Of a stretch of DNA of 64,000 nt, positions 37,580-49,800 are shown in pieces. Source of the DNA: Trichodelitschia bisporula (lineage: Eukaryota); NCBI GenBank assembly GCA_010356995.1, contig ML996690.1, positions 1,024,217 to 1,088,216 of the forward strand, in the 5' to 3' direction. The position numbers were made by a program, and so were the translations under genes. Numbering within the stretch: the stretch's first letter is position 1; every line of letters begins with the position of its first letter. The notes under the pieces are model-generated. The model did no database searches. It was not told where the DNA came from and was given only the letters and a program-made list of their open reading frames with translations.

Positions 37580-38126
37580 TCGCGGTCGAGATCTTGTGAC
37601 TATTGTCTGTACGACGAATGTACGGCTTTCGGGGGAATCGGGCTTGTCAGTCCATCAAGTCCTGACTCCGGAGCATTCGCATCCCGTATTTTGGGTTCGG
37701 AGGTCTAAATTCTGTCTCGGGGGGTGTTGGTTGCGTTTGAAGCGTGCGCTTATGTGCTGAGGGACATTTAGCAGCGGGCAGATGCCATCGAAGACATGTC
37801 GTATCTACTCCTGGTATAAACAGTGTACGTTATTAACGGAACAGATACATGTAACGAGGAATGGAATACTATCCAACTTTATGCAGTGCCTTGCAAACCG
37901 TAGGAGACCGAAACCGGAAACACACAATGTATAGACTAGCACATTCAGTACTCCCTAACCAGGCCTTCATAGGATGCAGTCATACGCAAGCTACGAATGC
38001 GAAAATCAAATTAAATCAGCCGAATATGCTCTTGAACTGTACTAGTGAAAAGGCACCGCAGAGAAGAAGGCAAGAAAGGCAACCAAGTAGGCATATCAAA
38101 CAGCAACAAACCACGAGGCTGAACAA

Positions 38127-39137
38127 CTAGTCCCAGTTTTGGAAAAACAGCGGATGGTACTGGCCACATTCATATCTGGAAAGCTGCTGCCTGTTCTCAC
38201 TCCCCCTGCAGTATACTTCTACGACCAGCCCTCTCCTATCCCACACTATAGTAGACATGTTAGTTGGACACGAGAAACTGCACTGGCAAAGAGGGGAAAC
38301 TTACACCCTGGAAATGTTAGCCGGATTCGAGCGATTAAAATGATGAAAATATAGTACTTACTCCTAACTTCTGCTATCGGGTACGGAGGTGTGTGATACG
38401 GAAGAAAGCGCCAGCCCCCAGATGTTATCGAGTGCTGAAGCGCATAGAGAACCAGTTCCGGGGGGGAGGAGAATGCCAGGAGCGCCAGCATCAACGCCAA
38501 ATCACCGTTCATGATCCCCCATTGGTCTCCGGACGCACGGGAAGCTTGATGGGGGATTGGTACGATCTGGTGAACCCAACGTTGACTTGAGTGTTGAACC
38601 CGAATTTGATTGTGTTCACCACCGAGCTCGAGAAGGCTCATCGGATAGTTTACTAAACCGTGACCGGGAAGTGAGACGGCTTGGGAGGTGTGTCTGAAGC
38701 CAAGGGAAGACCAATCCATGTCGTCCGCGATGCTAACTCTATTCTCTTCATTGGCAGCATATTCTGCGGAACGTCGAGCAATGGCATCGCCTTCAATAGC
38801 AAGAACCCCGCGTGTGGTGCAGTAATATGCTGATCTCACTCTGAAACTCTCCAGAGATTCGACATCCGTGTTGCTGGCAAGGTGGAGATTCTGGCCATCA
38901 AATTGGAACAGTACGCCGTGTATGGGTACTCCAGAAACGGGGTTGAGGAAGTAAGATTCGATGTTGCCGCCTGTACGGTGAGGAAGCCAGGAACCAGTGG
39001 CCCCTTCTTCACGTGGCCTCACTCTAGGATCTGGCTCAATTCCACGGAGTCTGAAGTAGAAAGAGGGGGATTGCTGCTATGGATTGTCAACCAGCAGTCG
39101 TTGTCGGACCTAGTAGCGGGATACCCACAGTAGCCAT
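38127..39137 (-). CDS. Hypothetical fungal protein (about 281 aa) containing a 3-nt micro-exon
   Basis: Exons 39137-39129, 39076-38362, 38307-38305, 38245-38127 join into one uninterrupted frame (MATQQSPSFYFRLRG...GDLALMLALLAFS...WDRRGLVVEVYC...NWD*) with canonical splice signals. Confidence 0.65.
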
Positions 39138-42100
39138 GTTGGCAGTAGACTGGAGCTCTGCAGCGCCTCAGCATATGCGCATCCAGTAGTGAGAGGGGGA
39201 CCGAACCCGATATCCCGGTATAAGGCAACATCTGCTTCGTTCTTATTCCCTATTTTCACGATTTGAGGCTCAAAATTTGACTTTCCCTTTCCTCCATCCC
39301 AAATGCGTCACTGTCCACAAGATCACTTGCAGACAAGCAATGAAGCCTGACCCAGCAGTCGCGTTGACGCCCTTGATACAGAGCTGACCATACAGGATGC
39401 CCAGGCCAGGATCAGGATTAACCCCGCGGGTCGTGTCCTGCCGCCAAACGTCAGTTCCGGAAGACGCCCCGCATCGTGAGCTGCGGCCAAGACATCTTCA
39501 CCCGGAGAGCTGCTACCATGCCGGGAAACACCGGGATCTTGTGGTATGCGGGTGGCTTGTGGCAACAGGTGAATGGTCCGCTCAGAACGCTTGCTGGAAG
39601 CCAACTCATCGGCAGCGAGCATGGGGTGAGTGTACAGGCTGCCGATACGACAAACCTCAGGATGGGGGCTGCACCTCTCTGCTGTTGACCGTGTCTGGGG
39701 GCGTCAGCTGCCAGCTAGAGGATGCCAGGATCAGGACTCTCAAAAGCAACTGCCGATACATGGCCGTCCCCTTTGGCTCTACCAGATTCTGCAGAGCTGA
39801 CGTATGGCTTCCACCGATGTGTGGTAGGCCGAGTCGCACGATACATGATGTAGGCAGCTATTTGTGGCAGAGGAGTCTGGAGCCATTTGGTCAACAAAAT
39901 GAAATGGAATAGGAAGTGAGAGAACAACTCAGCGGCCGGGATTGCCATTTCTCTGCCGGAAAGGCTGTGACGGGGAAAACTGGTTCAGTTCAAAGGAGAA
40001 CGTCGAACACGTGGTGACTGGACACTTCTCTTCAAGGAATTCTGGGCCAGTCTTCACCTTGTGATCGGGGATAGGTGGTGTGGGCTCAGTCGATTGAGCT
40101 CGCTCCAGAGCCTTTTGCGCATGGCCTTGCACCAAGCGAGCGTTCCCGGCCTGGCGAGTGGCGGCGACCCAAGCTACCGGTAAGCGGCACACGGAAAGCA
40201 GAGGAAGTCCAAATTCTTAGGTGCCCGGGACCTTTAATCCCGACGGAATCGTGAAGTGCAATGAGCAGTGGAGTGTCTGTCGCAGGCTTTATATTCCCCG
40301 TTCAGCTGACCGGTGGGCGCCGACAGCGGATGAGGCGACAGAGTTGCCGTCCAGAAGGCAACAGCCTTCTTTTCCTCCTCACAGTTTGCCTTCGGACCCG
40401 TCTGAGCATTAGCAACACTTTGGACCCATTGGACTATCATCCTTGATCGGGGACTAAGTAGAACTTCAGCCACCGTAAACTAATCCATCATTTGAATGGA
40501 GCCGAGAAAACGCACCTATCTTGGACGCACACTCGTAAGGACAAAAGAGTCAGAGGCACAGGGTTTGTCTTCTGTGATTCGCGAAGCCTTGAAAAAAAAG
40601 AAGTGTAAGCCATGTCATCATCCGCGCCAACCATAGCTGGATCATGGCCTAAAACATGCCGCGACCCAAGCAGCCTGGAGCTCTCCAGCCTCACAGAGCG
40701 TACACCGAGCGAGATTCTGGCTTCTGCCACACAAGATTTATCCGGCCTATCGGCATCACTAAAGAGTCCTATGGTGTAATCTCCACCGTTTAGGTACTAT
40801 GTCCTGCATCCATAGAGCGAACCGGTTCATAAAGCATCCACATTGGCGTATAACCAAACTGGATGTGAGAGCTGTCGGTACCGAAGCAACACCTTGCTGT
40901 TTTAAGAATTATGGATTGAGAGAGACTCGGTCTCACGACTGCTGCAGATATTGATGAACCTTTCGTGTCAATTTTGCAGGGGAAGAATCGGATAGGATGC
41001 CTGGCAGGTACCAACGGGCTGGAAATATCGCGGGGTCGCAGAATGAACCTGCAGAGTTGGATACCTAGAAGTCCTGCCTCGGGACTTCGGGACCAGAGGA
41101 GGACTAATAAGCGCTAGCTCAACGTCGAGCACCTAGAGTATTCGCCTGATAGATGGTGAAGTGAGAAAACCTGAAGGCTTGATCAAATAGATTCGAGTGT
41201 GATTAACGATGGAGCCATATGCGATTTATAGGTACAGTTCCAGAATTGCAGTGGGGTCAATGACGCTCGAGTCCTCGAATGTCGTAGGACCGACCAGGGG
41301 ATTGTTCGGTTGGCTGCCTTGAATGGGCGTAATTCTTCGGCGAAGAGGTCGGAAGGTATTTGACACATCTGCTCCACGCAGGGGACGCCACCACTGGAAA
41401 GGCTGGATGCAGGCGATTCGTGGTAGGAAACGGGAAGAGACATGGCGTGCTGCCCCCCAGCGGGTTCAGCGTCTACAACCTCGCGTCCCCATCGTTTGCC
41501 GGAATCCTCGTTCTTTCTCTTGGAATGTGAGCCTGGTCGCGACTAATGTTCAATTCTCCGCTCACGGCCAAAGTTCCTAGATGCCGTGAAGAAGTTACGA
41601 GTGAATTTATTCTTGCGGCCGATGGAGAGTTGGATATCCGACCTGATTCCGATTGTCTGCGGTTTCCGATGGCCAGTCCAGCTGTCCGGAGCGATGTTCG
41701 GGTACTGAGAAGTAACTACTGATCGAAAGCATTCCAATGCACCTAGATTGACGGTTGATCTTCCGAGATTCCTAGATGTTAGAGTTCACAGGAGCAACTG
41801 GGCTTAACCCAGCGAAGGATGAGTACAAAAAGGCTCAATGGCCACGCGAAAATATTGTGGCTACCTCTGTCCGCAAAAACGCCCAGGCAGGTAGGCCATA
41901 AAATTTTCCGGTAGCCCTTCGCCTCTTTCCCAAAAAAGCAACAGGACACCGGCTTTTCGGCGCGGAGATTCATAGATGGGTTTGAGGGGTTGGACTTGGT
42001 GGGACTTTGAAGGTCAGCACGGAAATGGCGGTGTGACTTGGTTAGTAGCAGAATCAGATAGTAACTCTCTGTACGTTTACCTTAATTGCAAAGGAACCAT

Positions 42101-42853
42101 AAGTCCGAGGCCCGTCCTGTACCCCTCGGAGTTACTTCACACAGGCATCAAGTACCTGAGCTTACGTAAACCACATAGACAATCATTCATGCTTTAAAAG
42201 TCCGGCCCTGAAGACCGCAGTATCGTATATGCCAATCTGTTGAAATATTATCTTCAGGATGTCGATGCAGTTGGAGCGGAACGAGTCCATGCCGTGATCG
42301 TATGCGCTAACTGGCTATTTCAACGGAGTCTGGTATTCCGACTTCCATACCACCTGTGATTAGGAATCACGGTGGGTTTATGCACTGGTCCAAGTCTTCT
42401 GGGCCAGCAACTGTGACTTCTGGAACGCCGCGTGGGCGCTTCATACCAGATACAAACCTAGCTTCTGATTGTCTTCGACATGGCCGCGGACGCGGGGGCG
42501 AAGGCTATGAGGGATACCCACCACACAACTTAGCCAGGAAGTAACTTTTACCTTGCGCTAGACTTGATCAAGAATTTGAAAGAAGCGCAAGCTGGAGGGA
42601 GTGGTGGTATTTGGTTGTACTCAGGAGTCTGCGCGCGTGGATATAACACTGTCGTATGGGCCAGGTTCTTGCAGTTCGACATGCACGCCTAAAGGGTTCA
42701 CGCCCGAGAGCTTTTGACGGGAAAAATCATTCGAATGCCTTCCTATCCCATGGCAGCGCCGCCTCATGAACAGGAACTAACCCGCGGAGCAGGCCTGGAA
42801 TCAGGCCACCAGCATCCATCCTAACAAACACCATTACACCAGCTCCAGTTGTA

Positions 42854-43149
42854 TTATTGACTCTTGCCGGCCTCTATTTCACGGTAAGCGTTTCGAAATC
42901 GTCGCGTACGGTGGTACTCACGTTGCTGGGTCAGAAGGAGGCCGTAGCGCTTCTTAAGAGTAACGCGGTGCCTATATCAAGATGATCAGTTGTTAATCCA
43001 CTGCACAGGTCCCAGAAACCGTACCTAGAGTACTTGTCATCCGGCGAGAATCGTGCTGGATGCGCCGACTTGGTGATCTCGCCATCCACAACTTTCTTCA
43101 GGGTGTAAACACGCTGGCCGTTGCTGTCGAGTGTGTACATGAGATGCAT
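42854..43149 (-). CDS. NOP10: H/ACA snoRNP subunit Nop10
   Basis: Exons 43149-43025, 42971-42922, 42873-42854 give [48 protein letters not shown]. Confidence 0.96.
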
Positions 43150-43441
43150 CTATGCTTGGATTAGATATCTTAATATTACTTGAACATAGAACACTAACCT
43201 TGAATTCAGATTATGAGTGTCGCGGTCGTGGTACGTAGCGAGGCTTTGGGGTTGTCGCTCCGTGATGATTGTTCTCCGCCTGAAAGAAACTTGCTACGTA
43301 GCAGTGAACCAATCGGAGAGGATAATTTCTCCGCATTCCGGGAAAATGCTTTTCCGTGCCCTTGCCGCATGGCATGGATGACATCAAAGAAAGGTACAGC
43401 TGTTCACTTCTGTCCGGTGCCCCCCTCATCCGTCAACCAAG

Positions 43442-43855
43442 ATGAAGTCGTCATTGAATGTTCTTCTGGCCCTGTTAGGTCTCTTTGTGACATCGTCTCT
43501 CCAGTTTGAGTTTTTCGAGCAAATGTTTGGTGGCCAGCGGCAACAATCGCAGCAGCGGCAGAATGTTGCCAGTGATTCTTCGTGGTATCGGCAGAACTAC
43601 GAAGCTGGTATGCGTCGCACCCTTTTCAGATGATATTTCTTTGTGCTCATCGGCTATTTAGCACATTGCTCGAACTACCTCTGTCCTGGCACCCTATCGT
43701 GTGTGCACTTTCCACATCATTGCCCCTGCGCATTCCCGGACAATGAGGAGAAGGCGGAACTAGGTGACGGTATAGCGATATGTGCGAGCAAGGGAGGCTA
43801 CAAAGCCGGTGAGACTTTGAGGAAGATCGAACTAGCGAGGAAGGGGCTATTGTGA
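43442..43855 (+). CDS. LCL2: Long chronological lifespan protein 2
   Basis: Exons 43442-43607 and 43662-43855. Signal peptide, [29 protein letters not shown] and terminal [10 protein letters not shown]. Confidence 0.9.
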
Positions 43856-44067
43856 TTGGATAGGATGAGGCATCTCACTTGTTGCTAGCGCGCACTGATT
43901 CAATCGGATTGTTCGGTCCACGAATACGGTCCTATCCAGAACTCCTGTCGTGATCCATCGCTCCGACAAGAATGTGTATATTGCTGCTCTAAGACAGCGG
44001 CCACTAATTGTATCGGCGTCCTTAACGTCCGAATCTGTAAACTTGCACCAGGTACCACAATTGATAT

Positions 44068-45313
44068 CTATTCATCCCACTTCTTCGCTTCCAGGCCGTC
44101 GGGGGGCGATGTCTCGGTCTTCTTCCTCTTGACTTCATCCCAGTTGGTACTGAGAACTGTCCCATTGCTCTCCACGTAACTCTTCATCATCGCCCTCCGC
44201 GTGTCAGGATCCGCGCTTTTGTAAAGGTGTTTGAAGAATGCATTGGCAGGATCCCCCTCATCAAGATCGTCGTATTCCGAAGCCTCATTTCCGGCTTCCT
44301 TTGGCTTGCTAGTGAGGTCAGAGGCAACTCTATCCCAGTCCTTCGGTCCATGGCGTGAGGAAGTTGGGTATGATGGAGCTTTGGCGATGTTTGGAGTCCG
44401 GGCTTGTGTCTCAGGCGCTTCCTCCGAAGTCGCGGCGGAGGGCGGAGCCTCACCTTCTATCCCCTCAAGACACTTCCACTGCTTACCAAGAACTTTCTTC
44501 TTCAGAACAAGCTCGACCTTGGTGGGGGTAACTTGAAACGTTGACGATGCGGCATCGATAGGAGCCCAGAGCGGGTCCAGGGAAAACTCGTAAGTGGTTG
44601 CGGCGGCAGTGGGGAATGAAACTGTAACCTGTACCGTTATCAGCAATCGCAAAGCGAGACTTCACCAGACGTACCGATAGCTCCTGGATTTCGACCACTG
44701 CTTGATCCTTGGGAACACCCTTAGCCAGCAGACTGACGAAAACACTCTCTCGGCTCTGGTACCAGTCCTTTTTGATCTTGCTTGCTGGTGTTCGCCCAGG
44801 TTCGGAGACTTTGGGCGTTGGTTTGGAGACAGACTTGGAGGTATCACTCGCCGTGGTGCTCGGTTGCTGCTGATTTGAGGGCTCGATCCCGGGGTTCTCA
44901 GTGGCCCTCGTAACCAGACGCTCATCGCCGCCAGGCAAGCTGTTGAACTTTGTCATGATTTTGATCTCCCAGATCGGCACAGATTTGCCGTTCGGGTCGA
45001 ACTTCTTTGCGAGCTCCAAGACAAAGCGGGCGTCTGCGTAGCGTTCCGTAAGATAGAGTATGATGGCTCGGCGAAGCTGAGTTTGATGGATAAGCTCCCG
45101 TTTCGCCCTCTTGTAGGCCAGTGTAACGGCGATTTCCGCATCGTTGAGCGCCGCCTCGTAATTTGGTGGCGACAACCGTTGGTATGCGGTAGACCGCTTC
45201 AAGAAGTAGTCGACTGCGGTGGGTAGTGTACGCAGCGCAGCTGTGTACTCGGTAATGGCGTCATCGTATTTGCCAGCTTCAAGCGCAGCTGCCCCTCGCT
45301 TTGCAGCTTCCAT
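44068..45313 (-). CDS. SGT1: Hsp90 co-chaperone Sgt1 (TPR-CS-SGS)
   Basis: Exons 45313-44675 and 44628-44068. N-terminal TPR, CS domain DWYQS..TKVELVLKK, and SGS domain YPTSS..KDWD..FFKHLY..DTRRAMMKSYVESNGTVLSTNW. Confidence 0.95.
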
Positions 45314-46868
45314 GATGAGCCGCAAAAACGGTAGTGGTATGATGTGTGGGAGCTGACTGATGGTGGGCGCGGGGGAGGGTTAAAGTTGGGATTCAAAGGA
45401 GCTTATGGAGGAGGGGAATGTGGCGCTTCGATGCTTGCAGCCGCACGGTCGCACTTCCAGCCTGGGTCCGTGCACTGTCTCGATCATTTAGATATTTGCT
45501 ACTTCCATGTGAAAGTCCACGCTAAACTTGAACGCATTCATAAACACATGTTAGATTGCTGTTAGACCACACCTTGTGATACTCAAAGGATTCGGCAGCC
45601 GGGCAACGTCGGATAAATATTTTTACTTGATCCTTCGTGCTCGGTTTCCGCTGTTCTGAGTTGCTACGTCTCGACATCCTTCCTTGTCTCATGGAATTAT
45701 GAAAAACGACTCTCGTATGGGCTCCTTTGTGGAGCTCTGTAATGACGTTGTCAAAAGGGGACGGATTGATTGATGCGCTAATCCGCACGCGCTGCATCGC
45801 ATCACATACCGTAGAACGTAGCATATTTGAGGGAATGCGGCCAGCACCTATTCTTGTTCTACATAGACTTCTTAGAAGCAATGGTTGGTCTGAATCATGT
45901 ACTGCAAAGAGTTAGATACCGGATTTACATAGATAGTGGGTGAAGTGATCTATGCTTCCCATCGCTGCTTACATCTCGAAGTGTGAGATATTACATAGAA
46001 AAGTAAGGGTTGAACAAGGCACTTCGGTACAAGGACATCCGACTATCCCCACGTAATTCTCCTAACACTTCATGGGCCGACCATGTAATCAAACCGATTC
46101 AGAGTATGATTTTTGAAGTTTTCACGATGAGAAACTTTGGTACATTGATGGGATACCTAGGCGTGTTGCTGTGATGAAGAAAGGCTATGATACTGTACGA
46201 GCCATCTGAATTCCAGCTGGTCGCATTCAAGATGTGAACTAAAAGGTCAGGAATACTAAATTGTGGAGGTCAAGAATCATCTGCAAACAGCAAACTTAAC
46301 CTTATAAACCCTTCTCCTGAGAGCATGAAGGGGATAAGCCTGAACTTCCCCAGATCTCCACCTTCACGTCCCAAGGGCAACCCGATAAAGTCGTGGCTGC
46401 CCCGCGTTAGTGACTTTGCGGATAGGGGCAGCTACGAGATTTTGAATGGCCCTTAGCCTGCGGTGTTGACGTTCATGGTGGCCAAGTGCCAAGAGAAAAT
46501 GACGCTAGCATAAGGCTGACCGAAGTTTTGCCGGTATGGGGTTGCCGCTCCCCCCCCCCAGCTTGATCGCGCAGAGACGCGAACTTTCTGCTCTGATGCG
46601 CCCCGACCTTTCAGTTGCCTCTCTTTCCATCAACCAACCACATAGTGTCCATCGAAGCTGTCAAGGAAGCTCGGAGGCAGCCATCTTCGAATTCGCTTTG
46701 GTTCACGAAACCAGCCCCGAAAGCACTGCCGATACGCACAACCCAGTTTGGCTGCATACCTTCTGTCGCCATCGCGATCCAATGCTTTCCAACAATCCAT
46801 AATCCTACTGAGCAGTTGCCGTCTGGAGTTTTACCCAGAACCGGTACTGCGGAGCATACCGCACTGCC

Positions 46869-49800
46869 ATGATGGCGGAATCACCGAATCTCGAAGTCTA
46901 TCTCCAGAGACTAGAAGATCCGCAGCTTGGTACGAGTCTATCTCTGCCTTTGCTCATTGGGCATCCATCTAACTCGCCTCTTAGATCTCAAGTCAAAATT
47001 CACAACTGCTATAGAGCTTCGCGACACTGTGGACTCGTGGTGTCAAGGGAACTACTATCCTATCTTTCTGCAGAAGTTCATCCCGGTGCTGATGAAGCTT
47101 CTCGATGGACAGCCGGTTTTCATCAGCACCTCTCCCGAGCAGGTAGGCGCATGTCTGCAGTGCGACTTTTGGGCCACGGCTAATGTGTCAAACTCTAGCG
47201 CCTTCGTGCCTGTGCCCTTGAGATCCTGCACAGGTTGCCAATGACCCCCACGGAAGCCTTGGAGCCGTATGCCCCGCAAATCGTGGACAAACTCATGAGC
47301 TTGGTCAAAGTTGAGAACGAGGACAACGATATCATCATTGTCAAGACCATCATGGACTTTCTGAGACATCAACCGAAGGTCGTTGAGGACCGCGTTCAGC
47401 CTTTCTTAAATCTCATTCAAGAGATGTTCCAAACTATGGAACAGACGGTCAAGGACACATTCGACAGCCCTGCACCGAATCCCCCTGCAATCGCGTCCAC
47501 ACCGGGCCAGCAGTACTCTCAGTCGCCACGGCCCGCGTCGCCAAACTCTTCTGTTACAGCGGATTTGGGAGGCGACCAACAGCAGGCTCGCCAACTGTCC
47601 AAGGGCATGCATTCTTTCAAAGTGCTTTCAGAGTGCCCCATCATCGTCGTATCCATCTTCCAGTCGTATCGCTTGCTTGTGGGAAAGAACGTCAAATCCT
47701 TCATCCCGTTGATCAAGAATGTCTTGTGCCTACAAGCCAAGCCACAGGAAAGAGCGCACGAGGAAGCAAAATCCCGGGGAGACATATTTACCGGTGTGAG
47801 CAAAGATATCAAGAATCGGGCAGCGTTTGGAGATTTCATCCTCATGCAGGTTAAGACGATGAGTTTTCTCGCATACCTTCTCCGGGTATACTCTCAGCAG
47901 CTGACGGACTTCCTTCCGACCCTGCCGGAAATCGTCATTCGGATGCTCAAAGACTGCCCGCGGGAGCGGTCTGGAGCTCGGAAGGAGTTGCTGGTGGCCA
48001 TACGCCACATCATCAACTTCAATTTCCGCAAGATATTTCTCATGAAGATTGACGAGCTGCTGGATGAGCGGACGCTCATTGGAGATGGCCTGACCGTCTA
48101 TGAGACTATGCGACCTCTGGCGTACAGCATGCTGGCTGACCTGATTCACCATCTTCGCGAATCTTTAACGCGGGAGCAGATCCATCGTACCATCGAAGTT
48201 TACACGAAAAACTTGCACGACGACTTCCCGGGTACGAGTTTTCAGACCATGAGTGCAAAGTTGCTTCTAAACCTGGCTGAGTGCATTGCAAAGCTGGATA
48301 AGCAGGATTCCCGTCACTTTCTCGTCATGATCCTCAACGCCATCGGGGACAAGTTCGCGGCGATGAACTGGCAATTTGAAGATGCAGTCAAGCTGTCGAA
48401 GCATGCTTCGGCGCCGAGCAACGATGTGTCGGCGGAAAACTACCTCGCGGATAAGGATCATCCACCGGACTGGGACGAGATTGACATTTTCTATGCGACC
48501 CCTATCAAAACTTCTAATCCCCGAGAGCGAGGCTCGGATCCGGTTGCAGACAACAAGTTCCTGTTTATGAATCTTCTTCACGGACTGAAGCCCTTGTTCT
48601 ACCAGCTGCGGAGCACGAATCCACCGAAGCTGAAAGATGAATCCGATGGTTCCTTCCCAGCTAACTGGGGCGAGCTGTCCTTTGGCTACAACGCCGAAGA
48701 GCTTCACGTCCTGATCAAACTGTTCCGCCACGGATGTCGAGTCTTTCGATATTATGGCTTGGACAAGCCCCAGACGGACACTCAGAACCTCACTACTAGC
48801 GAGCTTCTAGCAGCGCAGCACATGATGAACGGCGGCAAGGACGAGAAGGAGTTGCTGGAAACATTTGCAACCGTCTTTCACCACATCGATCCCGCCACTT
48901 TCCATGAGGTGTTTCAGTCGGAAATCCCGCATCTCTATGATATGTGTTTTGAGCACTCCCCGCTCCTTCACATTGCGCAGTTCCTCCTGGCAAGTGAAGC
49001 AACGTCGCCAGCCTTCTGCGGCATGCTTCTCCAATTTCTTATGGGCAAGATCGAAGAAGTAGGCTCCGCGGACGTCAAAAAGGCTTCGATTCTTCTCCGG
49101 CTCTTCAAACTTTCGTTCATGGCCGTAACATTGTTCGCCCCGCAAAATGAGCGAGTGCTGCTCCCTCATGTAACGAAAATCGTCACCAAGGCGATGCAAC
49201 TTTCCACAACCGCAGATGATCCCATGAACTACTTCCTGCTACTACGGTCCTTGTTTCGCAGCATTGGGGGTGGGAGATTTGAACTCCTCTACAAGGAGCT
49301 TCTTCCTTTGTTGGAAATGCTGCTAGAAGTTCTAAACAACCTGCTTGAAGCCGCCCGGAAGCCACAGGAGCGAGACTTATTTGTGGAGCTCATTCTCACG
49401 GTTCCTGCGCGCCTAAGCAACCTCCTACCGCACCTCAGCTACCTCATGCGCCCGCTGGTGGTGGCTTTGGGGGCAGGTTCAGACCTTGTCGGCCAAGGGC
49501 TGCGCACCCTTGAGCTTTGCGTGGACAACCTGACGGCCGACTATATCGACCCGATCATGGCCCCAGTCATCGACCAGCTGATGACTGGGCTGTGGGATCA
49601 CCTCAAGCCCACACCATACCCCCATTTCCACGCGCATACCACAATGCGCATCCTTGGAAAGCTTGGTGGCCGGAACAGAAAGTTTTTGAACGGTCTCCCT
49701 CCGCTTAATCCCAAGCCGTACACGGATGATGAAGCCAGCTTCGGCATCAAGCTGATAGGTACTTCGCGGGACCGACCTTTCCCGGTGGCCACGGGCGTCG

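Noticed and set aside
42600..42850. Minus-strand GGTGTAATGG resembling the SRP RNA 5' motif
   Set aside because: It lies in the NOP10 3' UTR, with no SRP54-binding helix 8 motif or long rod structure visible.
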